NCBI GenBank assembly: GCA_016782785.1
Contig: JADHXV010000003.1
Span: forward strand, 1 to 39,512
Origin: Planctomycetota bacterium
Lineage (GTDB): Bacteria > Planctomycetota > Phycisphaerae > FEN-1346
Reading direction: 5' to 3'
Length of the DNA: 39,512 bases
The translations under genes were made by a program, and so were the position numbers. Shown here one piece after another: positions 8,389 through 15,926 of the stretch (position 1 is the stretch's first letter; each line of letters begins with the position of its first letter). A model generated the notes under the pieces. The model did no database searches. It saw only the letters and a list, made by a program, of their open reading frames with translations, and was not told the origin of the DNA.

Positions 8389-9132
8389 ATGAGCGGCAAG
8401 TCGTCGAAAAAGGGCAGCGGCAAGACCTCGGGCCACGCCGTCAGCGCCGTCCTGCCCGCGTATAACGAGCAGGAGGTGCTTCGGCAGTCGACGGAAGAAC
8501 TGCACGCCGCCCTGGCGAAGGCGTGTGAACGCTTCGAGATCATTATCGTTGACGACGGCTCGACCGACGACACGCCGCGCGTCGCGGACGCGTTGGCCGA
8601 CGAGTACGACGAGGTCCGCGTCATCCACCACCGGCCGAACCAGGGGTACGGGGCGGCCCTTCGGAGCGGGTTCACGAGCGCCAAGATGCCGCTCGTCTTC
8701 TACACCGATGCGGATAGCCAGTTCGTGCCCGGCGAGATCGGCCTTCTGCTGGAGCGCATCGGCGAGGCCGACATCGTCACGGGCTACCGGGCCGACCGGC
8801 AGGACCCGTGGAACCGGAAGGTTTTCTCGTGGGGGTTCAAGAAGTTCATCGGCCTGGTGTTCGGCGTGCGGGTGCGCGACTGCGACTGCGCGTTCAAACT
8901 GTACCGGCGGAAGGTGTTCGACGAGATCACGATCGACTCCAATATGTTTTTCATCGACGCCGAGGTCCTGGCGAAGGCCAACGTCCTGGGGTACCGCATC
9001 GACGAGGTGCCCGTCACGCATCGGCCGCGGGCCGGGGGGCAGAGCACGGTGCGCCTCAGCCACATCCTCTCGACCCTGCGCGAGGCGTGGCACATGCTCG
9101 TCGCCCCGAACCTGCCGGTCCGGCAGCCGTAG
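8389..9132 (+). CDS. GT2 family polyprenol-phosphate glycosyltransferase (DPM1/ArnC-like)
   Basis: VLPAYNEQ, IIVDDGSTDDT, NQGYGAALRSG, YTDADSQF, DCDCAFKLYRR and EVPVTHRPR motifs. An alternative in-frame start lies at 8335. Confidence 0.92.
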   Translation: MSGKSSKKGSGKTSGHAVSAVLPAYNEQEVLRQSTEELHAALAKACERFEIIIVDDGSTDDTPRVADALADEYDEVRVIHHRPNQGYGAALRSGFTSAKMPLVFYTDADSQFVPGEIGLLLERIGEADIVTGYRADRQDPWNRKVFSWGFKKFIGLVFGVRVRDCDCAFKLYRRKVFDEITIDSNMFFIDAEVLAKANVLGYRIDEVPVTHRPRAGGQSTVRLSHILSTLREAWHMLVAPNLPVRQP

Positions 9133-9162
9133 CATGCGGCCGAGTAGGCCGGGCGCGGCGGG

Positions 9163-10410
9163 TCAGGGTTCCTCGGCGGGCGTCTCGGCGGGCGTGTCCG
9201 CGGACGGTTCGGCGGGCGGCTCTGCCTTGATTGGATGGATGTCGATTCCTGCAAGTCCAGGATACATCGTCCCGGCGATCGAGAGGCGGAGGCTCCGGAC
9301 CGGCACCACCAGGCCCAGGTCGACGATGACGACGCGGCCGGAGGTCATGCCGTCGATGCGGTGCGGTTTCGAGCCGTTGAGGGTAAGCGTGGCCTGGCCC
9401 CACGGGTCGGCGTCGGTCTCGCCGCTTCGGCCGAAGAGGAGGATGTACCGGCCGTGGGCGGGTGGGTCCCACGTGGCCTCGAACCAGCCGCGCGGGTTGT
9501 CCAGCGACCACGCCGTGTCGGTCCGGAGGCCCCCGAAGACGCGCTGCGGCAGTCGGTCGCCCCAGTGGCTGGAGGCCCGGGCGGTTCCGGTGCCGGCCAC
9601 GTTGGCGGTCGGGGGAAAGCCGGCGGCCCAGCGCTCGGCGAAAGTCTCATACGTCACGATGGTAATGGCGGGGAGGGCGACAACGGCGTCGGCCAGGACG
9701 TCGTTGACCTCGGCCAGGCCCTTCTCGACGTTGGCCCGGAGGTCGGGGTCGGGCTCGGCGGCCGCCAGATAGCGCTCGTAGTACGTGCGGGCGCGGAGCA
9801 TGGCGACGTACCGGCCGTGCGGGCTGGCCTCGCGGGCGAGGTCGCGGTACCAGTGGCCGAGCGCGGCGCACGCCCGGGCCGGCAGTTTCTCGATCGACAT
9901 GCCGGCCAGCAGGATGTACTTCTGGGCGGGGTCGTCCTTGGCCAGGTCGAGTTGGCGGGCGGCGGCCTGCGGGTTGTCAAACTCGACTATGTAGATACGC
10001 ATGAGACGCTCGCGCGACTCCTGGTCGTCCGGCTGTTCCTTCAGGTGTTCCTTGAGGCGCATGGCCTGACTCAGAAACCCCTGCCGGGTGGCGGCGTAGT
10101 CGAGTTTGGCCTTGATTTCGTCGTGGTTGACGCCTCGCAGGTTGACGGCCAGTGGCAGGGCCCGCTGGTACAGACGGGCCGCGTCGTCAAAGCGCTTGGC
10201 GGCGAGGTCTTCATCGGCGAACCGGACGAGGAGGGCGGCGAGTTCCTCGCCCGCCTGGATCTTGTCGGGGCCTCGCGCCTGTGCGTACCGGCTCTGGCAG
10301 ACGTCGAGGGCGGCCTGGCGGGCGGCATCGTCCTCGGCGGGCGCCGCGAGGGCCGCCGCGGCCAGGGCCAGGCCCAGAAGGAAGGCCGTCCAGGTGCCAC
10401 CGTTTGCCAT
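9163..10410 (-). CDS. Secreted hypothetical protein: helical/TPR-like region plus C-terminal beta-sandwich (discoidin/galactose-binding-like)
   Basis: Signal peptide (AAAALAA). TPR-like segment KRFDDAARLYQRAL. C-terminal NVAGTGTARASSHW...VFGG...TAWS...VRSLRLSI pattern. Start at ATG 10410 is inferred. Confidence 0.65.
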   Translation of the reverse strand: MANGGTWTAFLLGLALAAAALAAPAEDDAARQAALDVCQSRYAQARGPDKIQAGEELAALLVRFADEDLAAKRFDDAARLYQRALPLAVNLRGVNHDEIKAKLDYAATRQGFLSQAMRLKEHLKEQPDDQESRERLMRIYIVEFDNPQAAARQLDLAKDDPAQKYILLAGMSIEKLPARACAALGHWYRDLAREASPHGRYVAMLRARTYYERYLAAAEPDPDLRANVEKGLAEVNDVLADAVVALPAITIVTYETFAERWAAGFPPTANVAGTGTARASSHWGDRLPQRVFGGLRTDTAWSLDNPRGWFEATWDPPAHGRYILLFGRSGETDADPWGQATLTLNGSKPHRIDGMTSGRVVIVDLGLVVPVRSLRLSIAGTMYPGLAGIDIHPIKAEPPAEPSADTPAETPAEEP

Positions 10411-10508
10411 GACGGGTCCTGCTTCTCGCATGAGTTTCCGTAGACTGTTACGCACGCGTGGCGGCGGGCGCACGAGAATCTGTGGCTGCGGCGCGGCGCT
10501 TGCCCTTT

Positions 10509-10540
10509 GCGCGGCAGGTCGGGAGACCCGCCGCGCGGGA
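10509..10540 (+). repeat. REP-like family B copy
   Basis: GCGCGGCAGGTCGGGAGACCCGCCGCGCGGGA, 31/32 identical to 28382-28413. Confidence 0.8.
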
Positions 10541-10588
10541 CTTGCTTCGTGAGCGGCCTGTCCAGGCCGCGCGGCACATCCTGCGCCG

Positions 10589-11977
10589 TCAGTCGGGCGG
10601 GCGCTCGGCCAGGCCGTACTGTTTGATCTTGCGGTACAGGGTCCGCTCGCCGATGCCGAGCATGTCGGCGGTCTTCTGTCGGTTGCCGTTCGTCTCGTCG
10701 AGCGTCCGCTGGATAAGGACGCGTTCGGCGTCCTGGAGGCTCATGCCGGGCGCCAGGCCGGCTGCGGCGGGGGCGCCGTCGCCGGGCCGGATCTCGGCCG
10801 GGATGTCTTCAACGCCGAGCGTCTCGCCTTGCGCCAGGACGATCATCGTCTCAAGCGTGTTGATAAGTTCGCGCACGTTGCCTGGCCAGTCGTAGGCAAC
10901 GAAAACGGTCTGGGCGTCGGGCGTGAGGCCCGTCACGTGCTTGCCGTGTTCGGCGGCCACGCGGCGGAGGTAGTGCTCGATGAGCAGCGGGATATCGTCG
11001 CGGCGGTCGCGGAGCGGCGGCAGGACGATGCGGACCACCTTCAGGCGGAAGTACAGGTCCTTGCGGAACGTCCCCTCCTTGACCAGGTCGTCCAGGTTGC
11101 GATTCGAAGCGCTGATGAGACGCACGTCGACCCGGCGCGGGTCGTTGGAGCCGACGCGGACGATCTCGCGGTTTTCGATGACCCGCAGGAGTTTGATCTG
11201 GATGGGCGTGGGCATGTCGCCCACCTCGTCGAGGAACAGCGTGCCGCCGTTGGCGTGCTCGAAGCGTCCCTTGCGGCTGCTGACGGCGCCGGTGAAAGAC
11301 CCCTTCTCGTGTCCAAAGAGTTCGCTCTCCAGGATGCCCTCGCTGAGGGCGGCGCAGTTGAGGGCCACGAAGTTGTTCTCTCGCCGGGGCGAGTTGTTGT
11401 GGATGGCCTTGGCGACGAGTTCCTTGCCGGTGCCGCTGTCGCCCTCGATGAGGACGGTGGCGTCGGTGGGGGCGATCTGCCGGCAGGTCTGGACGACCCG
11501 GCGGATGGACGCCGACGAGCCGATGATGCCCTCGAACCCGAACCGCTCGTCGAGTTGGGCCGAGAGTTGTTCGGTCCGGCGGACGAGTCGGCGGTGCTCC
11601 AGGGCCTTGGCCACGCGGTCGCGCAGTTCGGCCAGGTTCAGCGGCTTGGTGATGTAGTCGTGGGCGCCGTCGCGCATGGCCTGGACGGCCGTCTCGATGG
11701 ACCCGTGGCCGGTGATGACGATGACCTCGGTCGCCGGGTCCAGCCGCTTCGCCTCGCGCAGGATGTGCATGCCGTCCACCTCGTGCATCACCAGGTCGGT
11801 GATGACGAGGTCGAAGCCGTTGTCCTGGAGCAGGTCGAGGGCGCGCCGCGGCTCGGTGACGACGACGCAGTGGTGGCCGAGGCGGGCCAGCGCCTCATTG
11901 ACGGCGTCGGCCTGGGGCCGGTCGTCCTCGACGATGAGGACGCGGGCGGGCGTGTCGGGTTGGTTGCGATCAGCCAT
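10589..11977 (-). CDS. Sigma54-dependent (NtrC/AtoC family) response regulator: REC-AAA+-HTH
   Basis: REC with LIVEDD, ITDLVM and YITKP. Walker A GDSGTGKE, ESELFGHEKGSFTGA, LFLDEVGDM, DLYFRL, WPGNVREL. Fis-type HTH GNRQKTADMLGIGERTLYRK. Confidence 0.96.
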   Translation of the reverse strand: MADRNQPDTPARVLIVEDDRPQADAVNEALARLGHHCVVVTEPRRALDLLQDNGFDLVITDLVMHEVDGMHILREAKRLDPATEVIVITGHGSIETAVQAMRDGAHDYITKPLNLAELRDRVAKALEHRRLVRRTEQLSAQLDERFGFEGIIGSSASIRRVVQTCRQIAPTDATVLIEGDSGTGKELVAKAIHNNSPRRENNFVALNCAALSEGILESELFGHEKGSFTGAVSSRKGRFEHANGGTLFLDEVGDMPTPIQIKLLRVIENREIVRVGSNDPRRVDVRLISASNRNLDDLVKEGTFRKDLYFRLKVVRIVLPPLRDRRDDIPLLIEHYLRRVAAEHGKHVTGLTPDAQTVFVAYDWPGNVRELINTLETMIVLAQGETLGVEDIPAEIRPGDGAPAAAGLAPGMSLQDAERVLIQRTLDETNGNRQKTADMLGIGERTLYRKIKQYGLAERPPD

Positions 11978-12001
11978 GATGAATCAGGTTCGTGGTGTTC
12001 G

Positions 12002-12033
12002 GCGCGGCGGGTGGGGACACCCACCGCGCGGGA
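12002..12033 (+). repeat. REP-like family B variant
   Basis: GCGCGGCGGGTGGGGACACCCACCGCGCGGGA has the same arms and GGGA tail as the 10509 and 28382 copies. Confidence 0.7.
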
Positions 12034-12047
12034 ATGCGCGTGTTCCG

Positions 12048-12130
12048 CGCGGGAATCCGTGGAACGAACAACGAGATTCTTCGTCGCCCTGCGGGCTCCT
12101 CAGAATGACATCTGTCTTGCGATTCCCGCG
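12048..12130. repeat. 10-bp inverted repeat enclosing a TGTCATTCTGAG-type REP half-unit
   Basis: CGCGGGAATC (12048-57) and GATTCCCGCG (12121-30). Inside is GAGATTCTTCGTCGCCCTGCGGGCTCCTCAGAATGACA (12073-12110). Confidence 0.55.
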
Positions 12131-12132
12131 TG

Positions 12133-12942
12133 TCACGCGCTGTCCTCGGCGGCCGGGAGGTGAATCGTGAAGCGTGTGCCCCGGCCGAGGTCGCTATGCA
12201 CCTCCAGCCGGCCCCGGTGTTCGGTGACGATGCGCCGGACGGTCGGCAGGCCCAGCCCGGTGCCGCCGGAACGTGTAGAGTAATACGGCTGGAAGATTTT
12301 GTCCAGATCCTCCGGGGCGATGCCGGCGCCGGTGTCGGTGACATGAAGGCGGATGTCGCGGCGGTCGCCCTCGGTGGCGATCATGAGTTCGCCGCCGTCG
12401 GGCATGGCGGCCTCGGCGTTCAGGATGAGGTTGGCGACGGCCTGCTTGAGGCGGTCGGCGTCGAGCTCGACGGGCGGCAGGCCCTCGGCCAGGCTGGTCC
12501 GGACCTGGATGCCCGCCCGCTGAAGCCGGTCGGCGTAGAACGCCACGATGTCCTCCACGACGGGGCTCAGCGGCCGGACCTTCAGGCGGACCTCGTGTTT
12601 GCCGGCCAGTTTCAGGAAATCGTCGAGAATCTGCTGGAGGCGAGCGGCCTCCTGTTCCAGGGTATCGAGTTTGCGGACGAGGCGTGCGTCGGCCTTGGCG
12701 CCGGGGCGGTCCAGGTCCTCGCGCAGCAGTTGCAGGTTCAGCGTGAGCGTGGACAGGGGATTGCGGATTTCGTGCGCGAGGCCCCCGGTCAGCGTGCCGA
12801 CGTAGGCCAGGTGTTCGGCGTCGCGGGCCCGGCGTTCGGCGTCCAGGGCCCGCTGCAAGGCCCGGCGCTGAAGGACGCGACCGGCGAGGGCGGAGACCGC
12901 GACCAGCGCCACGCCTGCCACAATCAGCACGAACGGGTACAC
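12133..12942 (-). CDS. Two-component histidine kinase (single TM, HisKA plus HATPase_c)
   Basis: H-box LAHEIRNPL, N-box NLILNAEAAM, G1 DTGAGI, F-box IFQPYYST and G2 GTGLGL. GGAG RBS before the GTG. Confidence 0.93.
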   Translation of the reverse strand: MYPFVLIVAGVALVAVSALAGRVLQRRALQRALDAERRARDAEHLAYVGTLTGGLAHEIRNPLSTLTLNLQLLREDLDRPGAKADARLVRKLDTLEQEAARLQQILDDFLKLAGKHEVRLKVRPLSPVVEDIVAFYADRLQRAGIQVRTSLAEGLPPVELDADRLKQAVANLILNAEAAMPDGGELMIATEGDRRDIRLHVTDTGAGIAPEDLDKIFQPYYSTRSGGTGLGLPTVRRIVTEHRGRLEVHSDLGRGTRFTIHLPAAEDSA

Positions 12943-12973
12943 GGCGCGTCTCCAGACCGACCGCCGGCGTCCG

Positions 12974-12999
12974 GCGCCGGGGATAAACCCCGGCGCTAC
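12974..12999 (-). repeat. GTAG-type REP hairpin
   Basis: Minus strand reads GTAG-CGCCGGGG-TTTAT-CCCCGGCGC: a GTAG tetranucleotide followed by a perfect stem. Confidence 0.7.
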
Positions 13000-13019
13000 C
13001 GCGGCCCGTACCGGCCGCG
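13000..13019. repeat. Palindrome family A copy 3 (one mismatch)
   Basis: CGCGGCCCGTACCGGCCGCG, directly abutting the GTAG REP. Confidence 0.7.
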
Positions 13020-13042
13020 CGGGGCCCGCGGTCAGACCCGCC

Positions 13043-15145
13043 TTACTCGGCCTTGGCCTCTTCGGCCAGGGCGGCCTTGCGCGACAGTTTGACGCGGCCC
13101 GTGTTGTCGACGTTGATGACCTTGACGCGGAGGATATCGCCCATCTTGACGACGTCGGTGACGTTCTTGACGTACTGGTCGGCCAGTTCGGAGATGTGGC
13201 ACATGCCGTCCTGGCCCGGGAGGATTTCGATGAAGGCGCCGAAGTCCTTGACCGAGACGACGGTGCCGGTGTAGATCCTTCCGACCTCGACCTCGGCGGT
13301 GATCATCTTGACGCGCTCCAGGGCCTCTTCGGCCTTGCTGGCGTCGACGTGGGCGATGGTGACCGTGCCGTCGTCCTCGATCTCGACGGTGGCGCCGGTG
13401 TCGGCCTCGATACTGCGGATGGTCTTGCCGCCTGGGCCGATGACCTTCCCGATCTTCTCCGGGTTGATTCGGATCTGGATGAGGCGCGGCGCGTGGCGGC
13501 TGATTTCGGGCCGCGGCGCCGGGATCGTTTCGAGCATGACCTTGAGAATCTGCATGCGTGCTTCGCGGCCGCAATCGAGGGCGCGGCGGCACACATCCAG
13601 GTCGATGCCCCGGATCTTGAGGTCCAACTGGATGCCAGTGACGCCCTTCTGCGTGCCGGCGACCTTGAAATCCATGTCGCCGATGTTGTCCTCCTCGCCC
13701 TGGATGTCCACGAGCAGGAGGTCCTTCTCGCCGTCGGAGATACGGCCGATGCTGACGCCTGCCACCGGGTCCTTGATGGGGACGCCGGCGTCCATGAGGC
13801 TGAGGGTGGCGCCGCAGACGGTGGCCATGCTGCTGGAGCCGTTCGACTCCATGATGTCCGAGACGATGCGGAGGGTGTAGGGGAACTCCTCGTCGCCGGG
13901 GACGACGCCCTCGAGGCTCTTTTCGGCCAGGGCGCCGTGGCCGATGTCGCGCCGCCGGGGACCGCGAATGAACCGCACCTCGCCCACGGAGAACGGCGGG
14001 AAGTTGTAGTGCAGCATGAAGTGCTTGCGGTATTCCTCGACCAGGCCGTCGATGATCTGCTGGTCATCCACGGTGCCGAGCGTTGTGACGACCAGGGCCT
14101 GCGTTTCGCCGCGAGTAAACAGGGCCGACCCGTGTGTGCGGGGCATGAGGCCGACCTCGCACGCGATGGGCCGGAGTTCGTCGGGCTTGCGGCCGTCGGT
14201 CCGGTCGCCGGCCAGGAGCATGCGTCGGATGAGGCGGTCCTCGACGTTCTGCCAGGCGGCGCGGAAGTCGGCGACGGCCTTCTTGTCGGCCTCGCCCTCG
14301 GGGCCGAGGATGGCCTCGCGGGCCTTGGCCTTGACCGCGTCGCAGGCGGTGCCGCGGTCGATCTTGCCGGGCACGTGCTTGGCCGCCTCGAGGTCGGCCA
14401 TGAACGTCCCCTCGATCTGCTTCTCCAGGGCCGAGACGTCTTTGGGCCCATCGAACGGCAGTTTCTGCACGTTCGCCTGGGCGATGAGTTCCTGCTGCAT
14501 CTCGATGGTGGCGGCGATGAATTCCTGGGCCATAACGAGGCCTTCCAGGACCTTCTCCTCGGGCACCTCGGCCGCGCCCACCTCGATCATGTTGATCGTG
14601 TTGCGGTGGCCGGCGGCGGCCAGGTCGAGCGGTGCGGTGTTGCGCTGGGTGTGTGTTGGCATGAGCACAAGTTCATCATTAATCAGGCCGATACGGACCG
14701 CCCCGATCGGGCCGTCCCACGGGATGCGCGAGAGGCTCAGCGCCGCGCTCGCGCCGATGATCGAGAGGATGTCCGGATCGTTCTCCTGGTCGGCCGACAG
14801 GACCAGCGCCACCACCTGGACCTCGTCGCGGTACCCCTCGGGGAAGAGCGGCCGGATGGGCCGGTCGACCATGCGGCAGGTGAGGGTTTCCTTGGTGGAC
14901 GGGCGTCCTTCGCGCTTGAAGAACCCGCCGGGAATCTTTCCGGCGGCGTAGGTCATCTCGCGGTATTCCACCGTCAGGGGGAAGAAGTCGATGCCTTCGC
15001 GCGGGTCGGCCCGCGTGGCGGTCACCAGGACCACCGTGTCGCCGTACTGCACCAGGGCGCTGCCGTGCGCCTGCTTGGCCATCTTGCCGGTTTCAATGCT
15101 GAGGGTCCGGCCGCCCAGTTCACGTTCGACTCTTAGAGTTGCCAT
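13043..15145 (-). CDS. pnp: Polyribonucleotide nucleotidyltransferase (PNPase)
   Basis: FFPLTVEYRE, GGFFKREGRP, HGSALFTRGETQ, ESNGSSSMA and GDMDFKVAGT motifs; KH and S1 domains. ATG 15145 has a GGAG RBS; TTG 15157 is an alternative. Confidence 0.98.
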   Translation of the reverse strand: MATLRVERELGGRTLSIETGKMAKQAHGSALVQYGDTVVLVTATRADPREGIDFFPLTVEYREMTYAAGKIPGGFFKREGRPSTKETLTCRMVDRPIRPLFPEGYRDEVQVVALVLSADQENDPDILSIIGASAALSLSRIPWDGPIGAVRIGLINDELVLMPTHTQRNTAPLDLAAAGHRNTINMIEVGAAEVPEEKVLEGLVMAQEFIAATIEMQQELIAQANVQKLPFDGPKDVSALEKQIEGTFMADLEAAKHVPGKIDRGTACDAVKAKAREAILGPEGEADKKAVADFRAAWQNVEDRLIRRMLLAGDRTDGRKPDELRPIACEVGLMPRTHGSALFTRGETQALVVTTLGTVDDQQIIDGLVEEYRKHFMLHYNFPPFSVGEVRFIRGPRRRDIGHGALAEKSLEGVVPGDEEFPYTLRIVSDIMESNGSSSMATVCGATLSLMDAGVPIKDPVAGVSIGRISDGEKDLLLVDIQGEEDNIGDMDFKVAGTQKGVTGIQLDLKIRGIDLDVCRRALDCGREARMQILKVMLETIPAPRPEISRHAPRLIQIRINPEKIGKVIGPGGKTIRSIEADTGATVEIEDDGTVTIAHVDASKAEEALERVKMITAEVEVGRIYTGTVVSVKDFGAFIEILPGQDGMCHISELADQYVKNVTDVVKMGDILRVKVINVDNTGRVKLSRKAALAEEAKAE

Positions 15146-15293
15146 AGTCTTCTCCAACCATCCTTTCGATTGCCGACACAGTTCGTTCGCTCACGCCCCT
15201 TGCCGTCCGACACTCCGGGTGCCCCGTCACGGTCTGGGGAATCCGCGCCGCCGGTGGGCGAGCCCCGTGGCTCGTGGTCCGCCAGCGCGGGAG

Positions 15294-15551
15294 TTACTTA
15301 CGGATGCCCAATCGCTCGATAATGGCCTGGTAACGCTGCCGGTCCTGGCGGGCCAGGTACTTCAGAAGGCTGGCGCGCCGGCCGACCATCTTCAAGAGCC
15401 CTCGCCGGGAGGAGTGGTCCTTGCGGTGGGTCCGAAGGTGTCCCGTCAGGTGGTTGATCCGCTCGGTCAACAGCGCAATCTGGACTTCCGGCGAGCCCGT
15501 ATCGTTCTCGTGCACCCGGTACGTCTGGATGAGTTCCTGCTTCTGCGGCAT
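15294..15551 (-). CDS. rpsO: 30S ribosomal protein S15
   Basis: [16 protein letters not shown]...[27 protein letters not shown]. Conserved rpsO-pnp synteny. Confidence 0.98.
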   Translation of the reverse strand: MPQKQELIQTYRVHENDTGSPEVQIALLTERINHLTGHLRTHRKDHSSRRGLLKMVGRRASLLKYLARQDRQRYQAIIERLGIRK

Positions 15552-15656
15552 GCTCGTCTCCTTGCGACACGTGGGCGGCGGGAGGCGGCCTCTCCCGCGC
15601 CTGAGGCGCCACGTCGTGCGGCGCCACGCCTCGTTCCCATCAACGGCCGCTTCGAG
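15552..15656 (-). promoter_or_regulatory. Structured rpsO 5' leader (candidate S15 autoregulatory element)
   Basis: About 105-nt predicted UTR containing hairpins GAGGCG...CGCCTC and GCGGGAG-AGGCCGC-CTCCCGC upstream of the RBS. Confidence 0.4.
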
Positions 15657-15662
15657 CCTGGT

Positions 15663-15691
15663 ACTTTACCCGACTTGCCGGCGCAAAACAA
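15663..15691 (-). promoter_or_regulatory. Sigma70-type promoter of rpsO-pnp
   Basis: Minus strand TTGTTT-17 nt-TAAAGT, with an A-rich stretch upstream. Confidence 0.55.
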
Positions 15692-15796
15692 CCCTTTTAT
15701 CCCTCGCCTGCGGTTATGGGTGTGCCACGTTTTTCTGGGCGGCGGCCTGATGCGCCGGGTGGCATGGCCACTCGTCTTTGTAGCGTTGCAGTAGTA

Positions 15797-15926
15797 GGCT
15801 CTGTCTGAAAACGCCGCTCTGCCCGTATCGGGGTGCCACCGATTGCTCGCAATCGATGCCGCTTGGGGGCGCACGGGTTGACAAGCAACCCGTGGCACCC
15901 GGCGTTTCGCGTTTTCAGACAGAGCT
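15797..15926. mobile_element. MITE-like element (about 130 bp) with perfect 17-bp terminal inverted repeats
   Basis: GCTCTGTCTGAAAACGC (15798-15814) and GCGTTTTCAGACAGAGC (15909-15925). TA(G) flanks both sides (15795-97, 15927-29). Two inverted GGGTGCCAC-hairpin units lie inside. Confidence 0.7.

Noticed and set aside
13196-15136. 646-aa plus-strand ORF and similar long antisense ORFs (for example 10829-12163, 19663-22188, 31281-34055, 34335-36488)
   Set aside because: These are shadow frames of well-supported genes, expected in high-GC DNA, and contain no family motifs.
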